47,691 nucleotides of DNA. Origin: Macrostomum lignano (lineage: Eukaryota). Under the pieces are notes generated by a model. The model saw only the letters and a program-made list of their open reading frames with translations. It did not search any database and had not been told where the DNA came from. A program made the translations under genes and the position numbers. Numbering within the stretch: position 1 is the stretch's first letter; every line of letters begins with the position of its first letter. The stretch covers positions 1 to 47,691 of the forward strand of contig NIVC01004388.1 of assembly GCA_002269645.1 (NCBI GenBank). Direction: 5' to 3'. Of the stretch, positions 32,801-45,500 are shown piece after piece.

Positions 32801-35800
32801 GCCCAAGTCGTCCAGCATCTCGGTGATCCACGCCGCATTGTTCTCCGGCTGCAGGGCCAGCCTCAGGATGGTGAACTCGCTGGTCCAGTCGTCTCTGGCC
32901 CTGCTGTTGCGCATGTCGAACGCTTTCCTGCTGATCGACTGGCTGACTTCACCGCCGCCGCCGCCGCCGAGGATGCCCCGTCTGACGGTGAGCGCCAGCA
33001 CGGTGCCCTGGGCCACGCGCAGCTCCTCGTTCTTCTGCTGGATGGCCACCTGCATGTTGCCAAGCAGCGCCTGCAGCCGGTCCTCCCGCACGTCCGGGTA
33101 AATGAAGTTGAGAGTGGAGACCAGGCTGAGGATCTTCACCAGGACCGCGTGATCGTGCAGCAGGCTGTGCAGGCTGTTGTAGATCTCCTCCAGCTCTTCT
33201 GGCACCTCCGTGCTGCGCTGCGACACAATCCTTAGGTAGTTGCTGACCTCCTCCAGATTCACCTGTCGCGAATGGGTTGGCAAACTTTGATCAGTTCCCT
33301 GTTTTGCGCCTTTTGAGGATGCCAACTTAGTCAGGAAGTCATCAGTTATCACCAAGACTGCAAACAAAGCCATCCGCTGATAGTCCTGCTTCCATTCTCA
33401 GACTGGATTGGTTCAACATCCCCTCTGATGCCACTTTCTCAAATTGCCGGTTAGGCAAAATACAGTTTAGTCACGAGAAGCTGGTATATTCAAATGCTTT
33501 GCCCCCCCCCCACCCAACCTTGTGATCCGTTATGGAAATCAATAATTCCCATAATAATTCCATGAGTGCCTGCGGCGCCAAAATGATTGTCTGTGGCGCC
33601 AAAATGAGTGCCTGTGGCGCCAAAATGAGTGTCTGTGACGCCAAAATGAGTGCCTGTGGCGCCAAAATGAGTGTCTGTGACGCCAAAATGAGTGCCTGTG
33701 GCGCCAAAATGAGTGTCTGTGACGCCAAAATGAGTGCCTGTGGCGCCAAAATGATTTTCGTGGCGCCAAAATGATTGTCGTGACGCCAAAATGAGTGCCA
33801 GTGGCGCCAAAATGAGTGCCTGTGGCGCCAAAATGATTTTCGTGGCGCCAAAATGAGTGCCTGTGGCGCCAAAATGATTGTCGTGACACCAAAATGATTG
33901 TCGTGACGCCAAAATGAGTGCCTGTGGCGCCAAAATGATTGTCGTGGCGCCAAAATGAGTGCCTGTGGCGCCAAAATGATTGTCGTGACACCAAAATGAT
34001 TGTCGTGACGCCAAAATGAGTGCCTGTGGCGCCAAAATGATTGTCTGTGACGCCAAAATGAGTGCCTGCGGCGCCAAAATGATTGTCTGTGACGCCAAAA
34101 TGAGTGTCTGTGGCACCAAAATGATTGTCGTGACGCCAAAATGAGTGCCTGTGGCGCCAAAATGATTGTCTGTGACGCCAAAATGAGTGCCTGCAGCGCC
34201 AAAATGATTGTCTGTGACGCCAAAATGAGTGTCTGTGGCACCAAAATGATTGTCGTGACGCCAAAATGAGTGCCTGTGGCGCTAAAATAAGCGCTGACAA
34301 CACCAATTCTGAAAATAATGTACACGTACGTGTAGAATTCTTAGCTCGGTCCCCCCACCACCATAAAATCCATAGCGACGCCCCTGGAAGTTGCTGACTG
34401 CAAACTGAACTAAAATTCAATTCGAACAGACCTTCATATCAGGCGTTAGCGAGGTCCCGGACAGGCGGACGTCCTCCAGCTTGGTGTACCACAGCAGCTC
34501 GTGCGGGCCGCCGCGGCGCCTGGCACCCGTGCAGAGGACATAGTAGGTCGTCAGGATGATCCGCATGCCGCCCGCGTGCTGCTGCTGCCGGTCTGCCCGG
34601 AGCTCGCTGACGTCATCCTCGCGGACGATGCGGATTCGCGAGTTTTTCAGCGCCGACTTGGAGTGGACGCCCAGGGCGCGGAGCATCTGGCGCGCCGAGA
34701 TGAGCTGCTCGCTGTCGCGCTTGATGTCGTTGAGCTGGCTGGCCAGGTGCTCGATCTGAGTCTGCGCGTACAGCAGGTCGTACCGGTCAGGATGGTCGGG
34801 CTCCGTGTACTTCAGCAGGTCCTTGACCACCAGCAGCAGCTGGGGGAAGCGCTGCACCGGACGCACCAGGATGCCCAGCAGAGGCAGCTTGTGCGAACTG
34901 CGCCGCTGCGCCGTGCCGAGGAAGCTGGCGAACGGCGCGTTGTCCTTCATCTGGCGCCTGACGAGCTCCAGGCCGCGCGGATACGTGTTGATGAAGGCGG
35001 CGTAGGTCTTCAGCACCAGGCTCTTGGAGAAGGAGGCGGTCAGGATGTGGCCAACCTGCTCGTTGGTGTCCCAGGACAGGGCGGCAGCGTGCAGCGAGAT
35101 CTGCAGGATGCGGTGGATCTGGTGCAGCTCGCGCACCTGGGGACGGGGAATTGCGCTTGTTTACTGCTATTGCAACTTCTGCTGCTGCTATTGCTTCTGC
35201 AACTGCTGCTGCTACTGCTATTGCTTCTGCAACTGCTGCTGCTACTGCTACTGCTACTGCTATTGCTACTGCTACTGCTACTGCTACTGCTACTGCTACT
35301 GCTACTGCTACTGCTACTGCTACTGCTATTGCTACTGCTACTGCTACTGCTACTGCTATTGCTACTGCTACTGCTACTGCTACTGCTACTGCTATTGCTA
35401 CTGCTACTGCTACTGCTACTGCTACTGCTACTGCTATTGCTACTGCGGACAACCTTGTAGAAGATCAGTCTGGTGGCTCTCCTCGGCAGCAGCTTGGGCT
35501 TGTGCTTCAGCAGCGGCTGCTCGTACACATCCAGCAGCTCCCTCAGCGAAGCCAGGTAGGAAGCCTCGGTGGCCAGGAGGCTCTCGAACACCTTCCGCCG
35601 CTTCAGCCGATTGCCAGCAAGACCCTCAGGCTGTGGCGGCAGCACCGCTGGCGGGTGCTTCGTGTCGCTGATGTTCACGTCGATGTACTCGCTGAGGCCT
35701 GCCGCGGCAGCTGTCGATGCGGCCGACTTTGCCGTTGATCGCCCGCCGCCGCCGCCGCCGCTGCTGCTGCTTGCTGGCCGGCCGGACATGACGGCGGCCG

Positions 35801-36320
35801 CTGCAGCAGCCGCTGAACGCCAGGCGCCGATGCGACTGCCGCCGCCTCCGTCAGCGGTGTCGATCGGCACCTCCTCGAAGTCGCTCGCGGGACTCTCCGA
35901 GCGTCGCCCAGGTCCACTGCCGTCACCTCCGCCCCCGTCGCTCTCCTCGTCTTCGGTGAAGTCGCTGAACACCTGGCTGACGAGTCGGCTGTTGCCCCTA
36001 GAAGAAGCGGCTTCATCGTCTGCAGCTGGCGCCTGCTGCGGCTCGTCCTGGATGCTCGCCACGTTGCTCACGCACAGGAGGCCCGGCGGCGGCTGCGGCT
36101 GCTGCGGCGGTGGCGGAGCCTCGTGCGTCTGCATCGACTGAATGGTTGGCGGCGCAGGCGGGGCGGTGGTGTAATATGCCGAGCGATAGTTCAAGGCCTC
36201 GCAGCTGCCGCGGACGTTGAAGCCGCCGCCGACGGCCCCGAAGCTGAAGCTGCCCGGGACGCGGAACTGCAGCTCCTGCTCGAGGCGGCGCACCTTCTCT
36301 TGCATGCTCAGCTGGTCCAT
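29837..36320 (-). CDS. ARHGEF10: Rho guanine nucleotide exchange factor, ARHGEF10/ARHGEF10L-like (acidic N-terminus, DH, PH-like, C-terminal beta-propeller). Exons (minus): 36320-35454, 35136-34432, 33262-32729, 31447-29837
   Basis: DH domain RRKVFESLLATEASYLASLRELLDVYEQPL..IFYK|VRELHQIH..ASFSKSLVLKTYAAFIN..LVRPVQRFPQLLLVVKDLLKYTEPDHPDR matches ARHGEF10-family residues. Later LHSLLHDHAVL..QKNEELR and TPLLVG segments and a WD40-like region (LWVGTSVG, SHRGPITAL) also fit. All exons are phase 0 with GT-AG introns. The start codon and the exon-3 acceptor are less certain. Confidence 0.88.
31627..32640 (+). mobile_element. Solo LTR (1014 bp), probably Ty3/Gypsy-type, in ARHGEF10 intron 3
   Basis: TGTAGAGA...ACTCTTCA termini (TG..CA, 6/8 inverted match) and a 4-bp TSD TGTG (31623-31626, 32641-32644). 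Removing it restores the host minisatellite unit CAAATGTGCATCTGCGGC. Internal TATAAATA (about 31956) and AATAAA (about 32058) give the orientation. Confidence 0.8.
33565..34285. repeat. About 21-bp minisatellite (GCGCCAAAATGAGTGCCTGTG and variants) in ARHGEF10 intron 2
   Basis: Directly visible. Confidence 0.95.
35165..35445. repeat. (GCTACT)n-type hexanucleotide microsatellite filling ARHGEF10 intron 1
   Basis: Directly visible, with GCTATT/GCTGCT variants. Confidence 0.95.
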
Positions 36321-36859
36321 TGGCTCGGTTTGTACTGTGGCTGGCCGGCTGACTTTCCACTCCGAGCTGCCCGCCTGCCAGTTTAAAAATGGGGGTCTAT
36401 CTGGGGCCAGCGATCAGTAGATAAGCGGGTGCGCGCGCCAGATACGAATCTTGTAGCTATGGATAGTGTGTTCCTAAATGCTAGCCTTGAAAGTCGGGCT
36501 TTTGCATTAAGGCAAATGCGCTGTGTTGCTTGTGCCTCTCGCAGCCATGCTTGGCCTCCCCTGTTATCTGCCTGTCTGCCTGCCTCAACTTCATCCTGAT
36601 TTTCGGAACGTTTTCCGCTGACAATAACAAACTAAATAATTGAATGACTACCCGAACTGGCCTACTGAGTTGGGCAATTGTCAGTAGTATATATTGAAAA
36701 TTGATTTTCAATTTCTTATGTGGGGGCAAAAATGTTCCGTGGTATTTTATAGGCACTCATTTAAGCATGTCTTGGCCTTTTTGTGACATGCATTGAGAGC
36801 GAATATTAAGATTGAAAGAAAAGGGAGACACGATGTTAAAAAGTGGTCATAAAGGGACA

Positions 36860-37706
36860 TGAGTTAGAGAAGTAGTCAGTAGAGATCGAGACAGGGGTTA
36901 GAGAAGTAGTCAGTAAAGAGTGAGACAGGGGTTAGAGGAGTAGTCAGTAAAGAGTGAGACAGGGGTTAGAGGAGTAGTCAGTAGAGAGACAGGGATTAAA
37001 AAAGTAGTCAGTAGAGAGAGACAGGGGTTAGAGAAGTAGTCAGTAGAGAGACAGGGGTTAGAGAAGTAGTCAGTAGAGAGACAGGGGTTAGAGACGTATT
37101 CAGTAGAGAGAGACAGGGGTTAGAGACGTATTCAGTAGAGAGAGACAGGGGTTAGAGACGTATTCAGTAGAGAGAGACAGGGGTTAGAGAAGTAGTCAGT
37201 AGAGAGAGACAGGGGTTAGAGAAGTAGTCAGTAGAGAGACAGGGGTTAGAGAAGTAGTCAGTAGAGAGACAGGGGTTAGAGACGTATTCAATAGAGAGAG
37301 ACAGGGGTTAGAGACGTATTCAGTAGAGAGAGACAGGGGTTAGAGACGTATTCAGTAGAGAGAGACAGGGGTTAGAGAAGTAGTCAGTAGAGAGAGACAG
37401 GGGTTAGAGAAGTAGTCAGTAGAGAGACAGGGGTTAGAGAAGTAGTCAGTAGAGAGACAGGGGTTAGAGACGTATTCAGTAAAGAGAGACAGGGGTTAGA
37501 GAAGTAGTCAGTAGAGAGACAGGAGTTAGAGAAGTAGTCAGTAGAGAGACAGGGGTTAGAGAAGTAGTCAGTAGAGAGACAGGGGTTAGAGACGTATTCA
37601 GTAGAGAGAGACAGGGGTTAGAGAAGTAGTCAGTAGAGAGACAAGGGTTAGAGAAGTAGTCAGTAGAGAGAGACAGGGATTAGAGGAGTAGTCAGTAGAG
37701 GGAGAC
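36860..37706. repeat. About 30-33-bp purine-rich minisatellite (GAGACAGGGGTTAGAGAAGTAGTCAGTAGA)
   Basis: Directly visible. Confidence 0.95.
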
Positions 37707-38444
37707 AGAAGGAATAACGAGCTGAGATGAAACTCAAAAAAGTTAAGCTATTTGCAATTTCTCATTTCAATGTCCTTTCTAGTTCACGCGGCCGCATCGA
37801 ATAGTTTTAATCTCACTGCTGCCCCGCCTGTTTACCTCAGAGCGGAAACAATAAAATGCAGCAGAAAAAGAAGCTACGGGGGCGGCGCCGGGACCCTCCG
37901 TATTCGGCTCTGTGCGGGCGCTCAGTTCTTTTTTCACTTTTGGCGCCTGCTTGCCTGCCTAACTTGAGCTGCCCCCCCCCCCCCGGTGCAGCAGTAGCAA
38001 TATCTGCTTCTGCCTGCTGCCCCCGTGTGCGCTCACGCAAATTCGCCTCCCTGCCCCATCGCCTTCCGCACTCACCAGGTGGGTGGGTACCGCAGAGCAC
38101 TGCAAATGAATGCCTGTCCAGCTCGAGTACTTGGCTTAGAGACCTACCCACTCTCCCTTCTGCCCCACTTTTAATTCATCAGTTTCGGCCAATCCGGGCG
38201 GCCTGGCATTGAAGCCAAAATATTCTGGCATGAAATTGAGACAACAGGAGGAGCACGAGGGCCCGACAGACCTTCCCCGCAGCGTGGACGCAAATCAAAC
38301 TCTTTGAGAAGGAGAAACAGCTGGTCGGTTTGAGGTCATTGCATCAGATATCGCAGTGTCTTTCTCGGCTAATCTGACAAGAGAGGGCTTATTGAGGATT
38401 CGAACAACAGGTAGGCGTCACGACACTGAGACACTTCTATCCTT

Positions 38445-38801
<357 letters not shown>

Positions 38802-39213
38802 GCATGTCGCTAGTTAAACATTCAAATTCCATTAGACCTATATTTAGCATCACTGTCAACAATCGTATCTGAATGGAAAAGCAGCCCCAGCACCCACCCA
38901 CAAGTGTTTGTGAAGGTTAGCCATATGCCAACGTAAATGCTTGGCGAGTAAAAAGCATTGCTGGCGTCTTTAAATAAAAAGCCCCTTTTGAGGTCGCCGG
39001 CCACAGTTTCAAAATCCAAGTTTTTTTTGTGCCGAATAAAAAACTTACTAACCCCAGCTCGCCAACCTCGTCCCTGCAGCAGTTTGAGACCAACTCCGTG
39101 TCGAATATCTTTCTGCCTCAACGGTCATAAATTCCTCTGTGTCTAATTTTTTCTTGATTGCCAGTAATACCAAATCCTTCTAAAATATATCTTCATACTA
39201 GCTTTGTATGGAA

Positions 39214-39806
39214 ACCACCCCACTCCGCAGCAACCACCCCACTCCTCAATAACCACCCCACTCCGAAACAACCACCCCACTCCGAAACAACCACCCACTC
39301 CGCAACAACCACCCCACTCCGCAACAACCACCCCACTCCTCAGTAACCACCCCACTCCTCAGTAACCACCCCACTCCGCAACAAACACCCCACTCCGCAA
39401 CAACCACCCCACTCCTCAGTAACCACCCCACTCCTCAGTAACCACCCCACTCCGCAACAACCACACCACTCCGCAACAACCACCCCACTCCTCAGTAACC
39501 ACCCCACTCCTCAGTAACCACCCCACTCCGCAACAAACACCCCACTCCGCAACAACCACCCCACTCCTCAGTAACCACCCCACTCCTCAGTAACCACCCC
39601 ACTCCGCAACAACCACACCACTCCGCAACAACCACCCCACTCCTCAGTAACCACCCCACTCCGCAACAACCACCCCACTCCGCAACAAACACCCCACTCC
39701 GCAGCAACCATCCCACTCCGCAGCAACCATCCCACTCCGCAGCAACCACCCCACTCCGCAGCAACCACCCCACTCCGCAGCAACCACCCCACTCCGCAGC
39801 AACCAC
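39214..39806. repeat. C-rich minisatellite of about 19-21 bp (AACCACCCCACTCCGCAAC / AACCACCCCACTCCTCAGT) directly upstream of USH1G
   Basis: Directly visible. Confidence 0.93.
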
Positions 39807-39855
39807 GCTGTCGTTTTCCGTCCACGGGTCGTGCAATTTCTGTTAAGCCGGCGGG

Positions 39856-41982
39856 ATGACCCGCCACAAGGAGCGCTTCCACCAGGCAGCCAAGGACAAC
39901 TATTTGGACCTGCTGCGGGAGGCCACCCGAAGCGAATGCGACGCGGTAGACGACAACGGCATGACGCCGGTGATGTGGGCAGCGTTCTATGGTCACCTGG
40001 AGGCACTGCGAGTCCTCATGGGTCGCGGGTGAGGCTGACGATTGAGTCTACAGAATGTCACTCTGTGTTTCTAGACCCAGAGAGGGTCTCTATGGGTGCT
40101 GCGTCTGTCAATTTTTCTGCGTTTTTTTATTTCTTCGTGTCTCCACGAGTAGATGTCTTTCCGTGTGTCCCTAGATTAGGGGTCGGCAAACTCCGGCCCG
40201 CGGGCCACATGCGGCTCGCGAAGCCTCTCTATCCAGCCCTCAGGTCCATGAAACTTTACAATAGCAATCTGGCCCGCTCAAGGTTTGTGTCTCTTCTCAG
40301 GTCTCCTATCCCTCCTCTCTTCTCTCCACTCATCTACCCTCCCATCTCTCATCTCTCATCTCTCATCTGGCCTATCTTCTCTCCCCACATATCCCCTCTC
40401 CTATTCCTTCCCTCCTCTCCCCTTCCTCTCTCCCCTCTCCTCTTTCTTCTCTCCTTTCTCCCCTCATCTTCCCTCTCTCCCCTCTCCCCACGCCTCCCTT
40501 CTCTTCCCTCTCCTCTCATCTCCACGCTCCTCTCTTATCTCCTCTCTTATCTCCTCTCTTATCTCCTCTCTTCTCTACTCTCCTCACTCTCTGGCCCGCA
40601 GTCATGCGCTAGATTTTATATCTGACCCTTACGTTGAAAAAGTTTGCCGACCCTTGTCTAGATGCTAACTTCGACAAAGCAAATCACCAAATTTTACCAT
40701 CGCCCTCTTTGGCAGCGCGGACCCCGACCGCGCAGATCACATGGGCAGCACGGCGCTGCACTTTGCAGCCCTCAACGGCCGCATGAACTGCGTCACCTAC
40801 CTGGTCAACTTTGGCGCCAACATCTGGACGCTGGACGTCGATCTCCACTCGGCGCTTGACCTTGCAGCGCTGAACGAGCACCGCGACATTGTCGACTTCC
40901 TGGACGACGTGGCGGGCCGCCAGGCCGAGGTGAACAAGCGGACGGTGGCGAAGATGCGCGAGAAGGCCGTCTTGGAGGCGCAGCGCCGAGCTAAGAAGCG
41001 GGACAAGCTGATGAAGAAGGCCGACCGGCGGGCTGCGAGGGAGAGCAGCGACGCCTGCGACCTGCACCCGTCGGCGACCAACCCCAACTACCGGCACGCG
41101 CAGGGGTCCGCATCGACCTCCGCCGTTGCCGACGGTGTCAGCGTGGTGCTGGAGCGGACCAACCAGACGGCGAGACCCTACTCCAACATCGTCGCCGGGT
41201 CGCCCTCGCCGTCCGGAGCTGCGGCAACCGGTGGCGGGGCGTTTTTCTCGTCGGCCACGTCACCGAATCCGAAGTTGCAGCGCAGCCCGATGCCCGAGGC
41301 GGACATCATGTACGCCCGCTCGGCCGACGGCCGCTCGCTCGCCTCAGCTTCCGCGGCAGCGTCGGCAGCAGGGGCAGCGGCGGAGCCTCCGCGCGGCGTC
41401 CCCGGCCTCTTCGAGCGGCCCGGCTTCGGCAACGTCGCCTTCCTGCAACCACCGCAGCCGCAGTCGCCGCAGTCGCCGAATTCGTTGAATCCGCACCCGC
41501 CGCACTCGCCGCACTCGCCGCAGTTTCCAAACTCGCCGAACTCGCCGCAGCTGCCCCAGTCGCTGCAACTGCTGTTCCCTCCGCCGGCGTCGCCCAACCG
41601 GACTCTCGGCCGGGAGTCCATCGGCACCTCGGCCAGCCTGGTGCTGCAGCCCTGGCGCGACATGCAGTGGACGGAGGCGGACGTCACCACGTTGGCGCCG
41701 GACTACGATATGGATGGCCTCGAGAATTTCGGCGACGGAGACGACGGTGACGGGGAGCCGTCGACACTGGAGACGTTCCTGGAGTGCCTGGGCCTGGCCG
41801 ACTACCACCACCTGCTGACCCGCGAGCACCTGGATCTGGACGGGCTCGCCCTGTGCTCCGAGCCGGAACTGCAGAGCCTCGGTCTGCCGCTGGGGCCACG
41901 GCGGCGCCTCCTTGAAGGCCTGGCGCGTCGGCGGGAGACGCTGGCGGATTCGCCGCAGGAGATGCTCGACTTGCGACTCTGA
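39856..41982 (+). CDS. USH1G: Usher syndrome 1G / SANS (ANKS4B-family) ankyrin-repeat and SAM-domain scaffold. Exons: 39856-40028, 40716-41982
   Basis: Exon 1 MTRHKERFHQAAKDNYLDLLREATRSECDAVDDNGMTPVMWAAFYGHLEALRVLMGRG splices in phase 2 to ADPDRADHMGSTALHFAALNGRMNCVTYLVNFGANIWTLD, which aligns with the SANS N-terminal ankyrins. Central LFERPGFGNVAF resembles the myosin-VII-binding CEN1 motif. C-terminal SAM domain LETFLECLGLADY..LDLDGLALCSEPELQSLGLPLGPRRRLL. Confidence 0.9.
40177..40656. mobile_element. hAT (Charlie/Buster-like) MITE with CT-rich core, filling most of the USH1G intron
   Basis: 16-bp TIRs TAGGGGTCGGCAAACT / AGTTTGCCGACCCTTG (14/16 match). CTAGAT on both flanks fits the NTCTAGAN target preference. 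Subterminal CCGGCCCGCGGGCCACATGCGG is typical of this group. Confidence 0.8.
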
Positions 41983-42321
41983 GAAGCGTCTGGGCAGCTG
42001 AGGAGACTTAAAAAGGATTTAGGATCTCAAATTATTTACTCAAAGCACTTTTATTTTTTTACTCATTTTCGACTGGCTTCCAAAACCAAAATCGAATTGC
42101 CGTTCTCTGCGCCATGTTTTTATCATTTCCCTAACATTCTACGTTATAACTGCAACTACTAGCGTGCATTGCTACTCACGCAAGTAGTAAGTGAAGTCTA
42201 CAGTTATATATAGATCTACTTAAACAAAATGTTTATTGCGTAAATTTAGTTTACAAGCTGAATTGTACAGTGAAGAGTGAAAACTTCAATGTAACTTGTG
42301 GAGTTTGGCTTCTCTCTCTAT

Positions 42322-43415
42322 TTAGACATGTAGAGTGTGAAATGCGCTGTCAACTTAGACATGTAGAGTGCGAAATGCGCTGTCAAATTAGACATGTAGA
42401 GTGCGAAATGCGCTGTCAACTTGGACATGTAGAGTGTGAAATGCGCTGTCAAATTAGACATGTAGAGTGCGAAATGCGCTGTCAACTTAGACATGTAGAG
42501 TGTGAAATGTGCTGTCAACTTAGACATGTAGAGTGTGAAATGTGCTGTCAACTTAGACATGCATAGAGTGTGAAATGTGCTGTCAACTTAGACATGTAGA
42601 GTGTGAAATGTGCTGTCAACTTAGACATGCATAGAGTGTGAAATGCGCTGTCAAATTAGACACGTAGAGTGTGAAATGCGCTGTCAAATTAGACACGTAG
42701 AGTGTGAAATGCGCTGTCAAATTAGACATGTATAGAGTGGGAAATGCGCTGCCAAATTAGACATGTAGAGTGTGAAATGCGCTGTCAAATTAGACATGTA
42801 TAGAGTGTGAAATGCGCTGTCAAATTAGACATGTGTAGAGTGTGAAATGCGCTGTCAAATTAGACATGTAGAGTGTGAAATGCGCTGTCAAATTAAACAT
42901 GTAGAGTGTGAAATGCGCTGTCAAATTAGACATGTACGAGCGTAGAGTGTGAAATGCGCTGTCAAATTAGACATGTATAGAGTGTGAAATGCGCTGTCAA
43001 ATTAGACATGCATAGAGTGTGAAATGCGCTGTCAAATTAGACATGTAGAGTGTGAAATGCGCTGTCAACTTAGACATGTACGAGCGTAGAGTGTGAAATG
43101 CGCTGTCAAATCAGACATGTATAGAGTGTGAAATGCGCTGTCAAATTAGACATGCATAGAGTGGGAAATGCGCTGTCAAATTAGACATGTAGAGTGTGAA
43201 GTGCGCTGTCAAATTAGACATGCATAGAGTGTGAAGTGCGCTGTCAAATTAGACATGCATAGAGTGTGAAATGCGCTGTCAAATTAGACATGCATAGAGT
43301 GTGAAGTGCGCTGTCAAATTAGACATGCATGGAGTGTGAAATGCGCTGTCAAATTAGACATGTAGAGTGTGAAATGCGCTGTCAAATTAGACTTGTAGAG
43401 TGTCAAATGCGCTGT
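42322..43415. repeat. 33-35-bp minisatellite (GTAGAGTGTGAAATGCGCTGTCAAATTAGACAT)
   Basis: Directly visible. Confidence 0.96.
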
Positions 43416-44772
43416 ACATGTACTACATGTAGAGCCAACATTCTGGGCAGAAGGCTACGTAATTAACGATGATTTCAAAATGGAAAACTATTTTCATTTT
43501 TCAATCAAAAACGAAAACCCTCGAGCCACCTTTGTCTCTGAAAAAAAATTGAGCAGCTCCAGCATGGGTCGCAGATCCCGGCCAAAGCAAACACGGAATG
43601 GCTGGCGCGGAGGAGGCTGTCTGTCAGGCTGTCAGACTGTCAGACTGTCAGCTTTTCTGCGCTAACCATGCGGGCGGCGCGTGCAGGCCGGAGGTTCGAG
43701 CCGATCCCCGAGCGCCATGGCAACCTCATCCATGGCGAGCCGCCATCTGCCACCCGGGGGGAGGTCAAGTGTTTGATTGAGATCGGCTCAAAAAATATTC
43801 GATCCCGAGGACAGATCACGCGAACAACATCGCTTAGCAACAAGCTTGAGAGCGGGGTCGATCCGTGATACGTGCTCCAGGAGAGCCGGAGCCCAGGCCA
43901 GGGAACATGGGAGACATGAAAGTGACAATCCCTACAAAAATGATGCCCAAGATTATGCTTTTCTTTTCCAAGAAACAGCTTGGCAAGCCAGGCAGAGGAG
44001 CCTTGCGGTCTGTGCGGAATTCTCTAATTGAGCACCAAAAGTTCAATATTTTCTAGGAAAGTTCAAAGAAATTATTTTGAGCATTTTATGCAAAATTGAC
44101 TTCGTTGGTCACTGGTCTTCACCCAGGCGGAGCTTCTGGACCTTCAACAGGTGGCACCAGGTGACTATGGACACCCCTGTTGGGAATTTCACTAGTTTCG
44201 CTGATCAAGCCTCAACTCCTGGACATCCTCAGCCAGTCTCTCAAACATTCCATCATCACCCCGATGACTGTCTTTTCTTGCAATTATCATGTTCTTAAAC
44301 CGATCGCTTCCCATATTTAGATATTTTATACGCATATTCAAAATGTTTACCTCGAGAGGCGTTCGATCTGTAGACAAATAAATTGAGTCATTTTATGCTG
44401 TTCCTGTAAGACAAGAGAAATGGCAACAGCCAAGTTCAAAACAGCCTTTTCGTACCATAATTTCCATTAATTTTAATCACCAGAATGGTTGGATTCGATC
44501 TCCTTGTCCGTAAGCTCCCTACTCTAACTGGGGGGGGGGGGCTGTTTAAGCCTTGGATACGCCCAGGCGCTGGCAACAGAAATATGATTAGGGCGCGTGA
44601 CAATTGAACATATTCCACCGTCTCTATGCTCTTGATCCCCGGCTACGAATATCGAGGGGGATATTTTCCCTAGGAGATTGTGATTTCAATGCGGGATCGT
44701 CCCTACTCATTATAATATTCTGTGTTCTTTCGAGTTTTTATTTTTCAAACCGCCTGTTCGCTTAATCTAAAT

Positions 44773-44910
44773 CAGCTGGGTCGGCAACCTCCGACCCACG
44801 GGCCACATGCGGCCACGTCTCTATCCGGGGGCCCTCGGGTCCTTTGAAACTTCACAATATCAATCTGGCTTGCTCTCTTCTCAGCTTTCTCCTCTCCCCT
44901 CTTCCTCACA
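44773..44910. mobile_element. Partial copy related to the hAT-like MITE at 40177
   Basis: CAGCTGGGTCGGCAACCTCCGACCCACGGGCCACATGCGG..CTCTATCC..GAAACTT(C/T)ACAATA..CAATCTGG aligns with 40177-40300. No right TIR seen. Confidence 0.6.
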
Positions 44911-44994
44911 GGTCTCGGTAGCGTTTTCTAGACTTCAGTTTGATGAAGTCCGAAGCAGCCTCAGACTAAACCAGCTGAATCAAACACGTATACA

Positions 44995-45122
44995 GTGGGG
45001 TGTCAAGGATTGTCAAAGCGGGTGTCAGGGATTAAACAAGGCGGGTGTCAGGGATTGTCAAAGTGGGTGTCAGGGATCGTCAAAGTGGGTGTCAGGGATG
45101 GCCAAGGCGGGTGTCAGGGTCG
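44995..45122. repeat. About 22-bp degenerate minisatellite (GCGGGTGTCAGGGATTGTCAAA)
   Basis: Directly visible, about 6 copies. Confidence 0.85.
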
Positions 45123-45500
45123 CCAGCTCCATCAGTCACAGAACGTGAAAGATGTACCACGGTAGTTAAAGAACTGCGAAAATGCGGAAGACCTTTTAGA
45201 TGCTTCGAGTTGTTTAGCAAAAATAAAAGCAGTTTATAATTTGTGTTTACAATCGGGTCGGTTTCCAGCCTCATTGGCCAGATTAAAACAAAAAACAAAA
45301 TGAGCTAATAACAAATTTAAATTGCCAGCCGTTAACAGAGCTGCTTACCAATATTTACAAAACCAAATTTGAAGTAATTTGTGTGCTAATTTTCATGCAA
45401 GTTGAACAGCAAATGTGTACAGTGCATGGCATGAATCATTGAAAAAATATAAAATTGTCCCATTATTTCACACACTAACCCACAAAAACACATAGACCCT

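Noticed and set aside
33263-33376. Alternative upstream acceptor adding 38 aa to ARHGEF10 exon 3
   Set aside because: Poor pyrimidine tract, and the segment contains a MITE-like GGTTGGCAAACT motif. The 33262 acceptor is preferred, but RNA data are needed.
33471-35671. ORFs with poly-Leu, poly-Ser, (AV)n, (CY)n or ILAPQAL repeats
   Set aside because: Translations of intronic micro/minisatellites and antisense frames of ARHGEF10. Intron 1 is 317 nt, so retention would shift the frame.
36860-37706. Interstitial telomeric repeat (GGGTTAG in each unit)
   Set aside because: Only one degenerate heptamer per 30-33-bp unit and no tandem TTAGGG.
43598-44400. Cluster of 60-85 aa ORFs
   Set aside because: No consistent frame or family motif.
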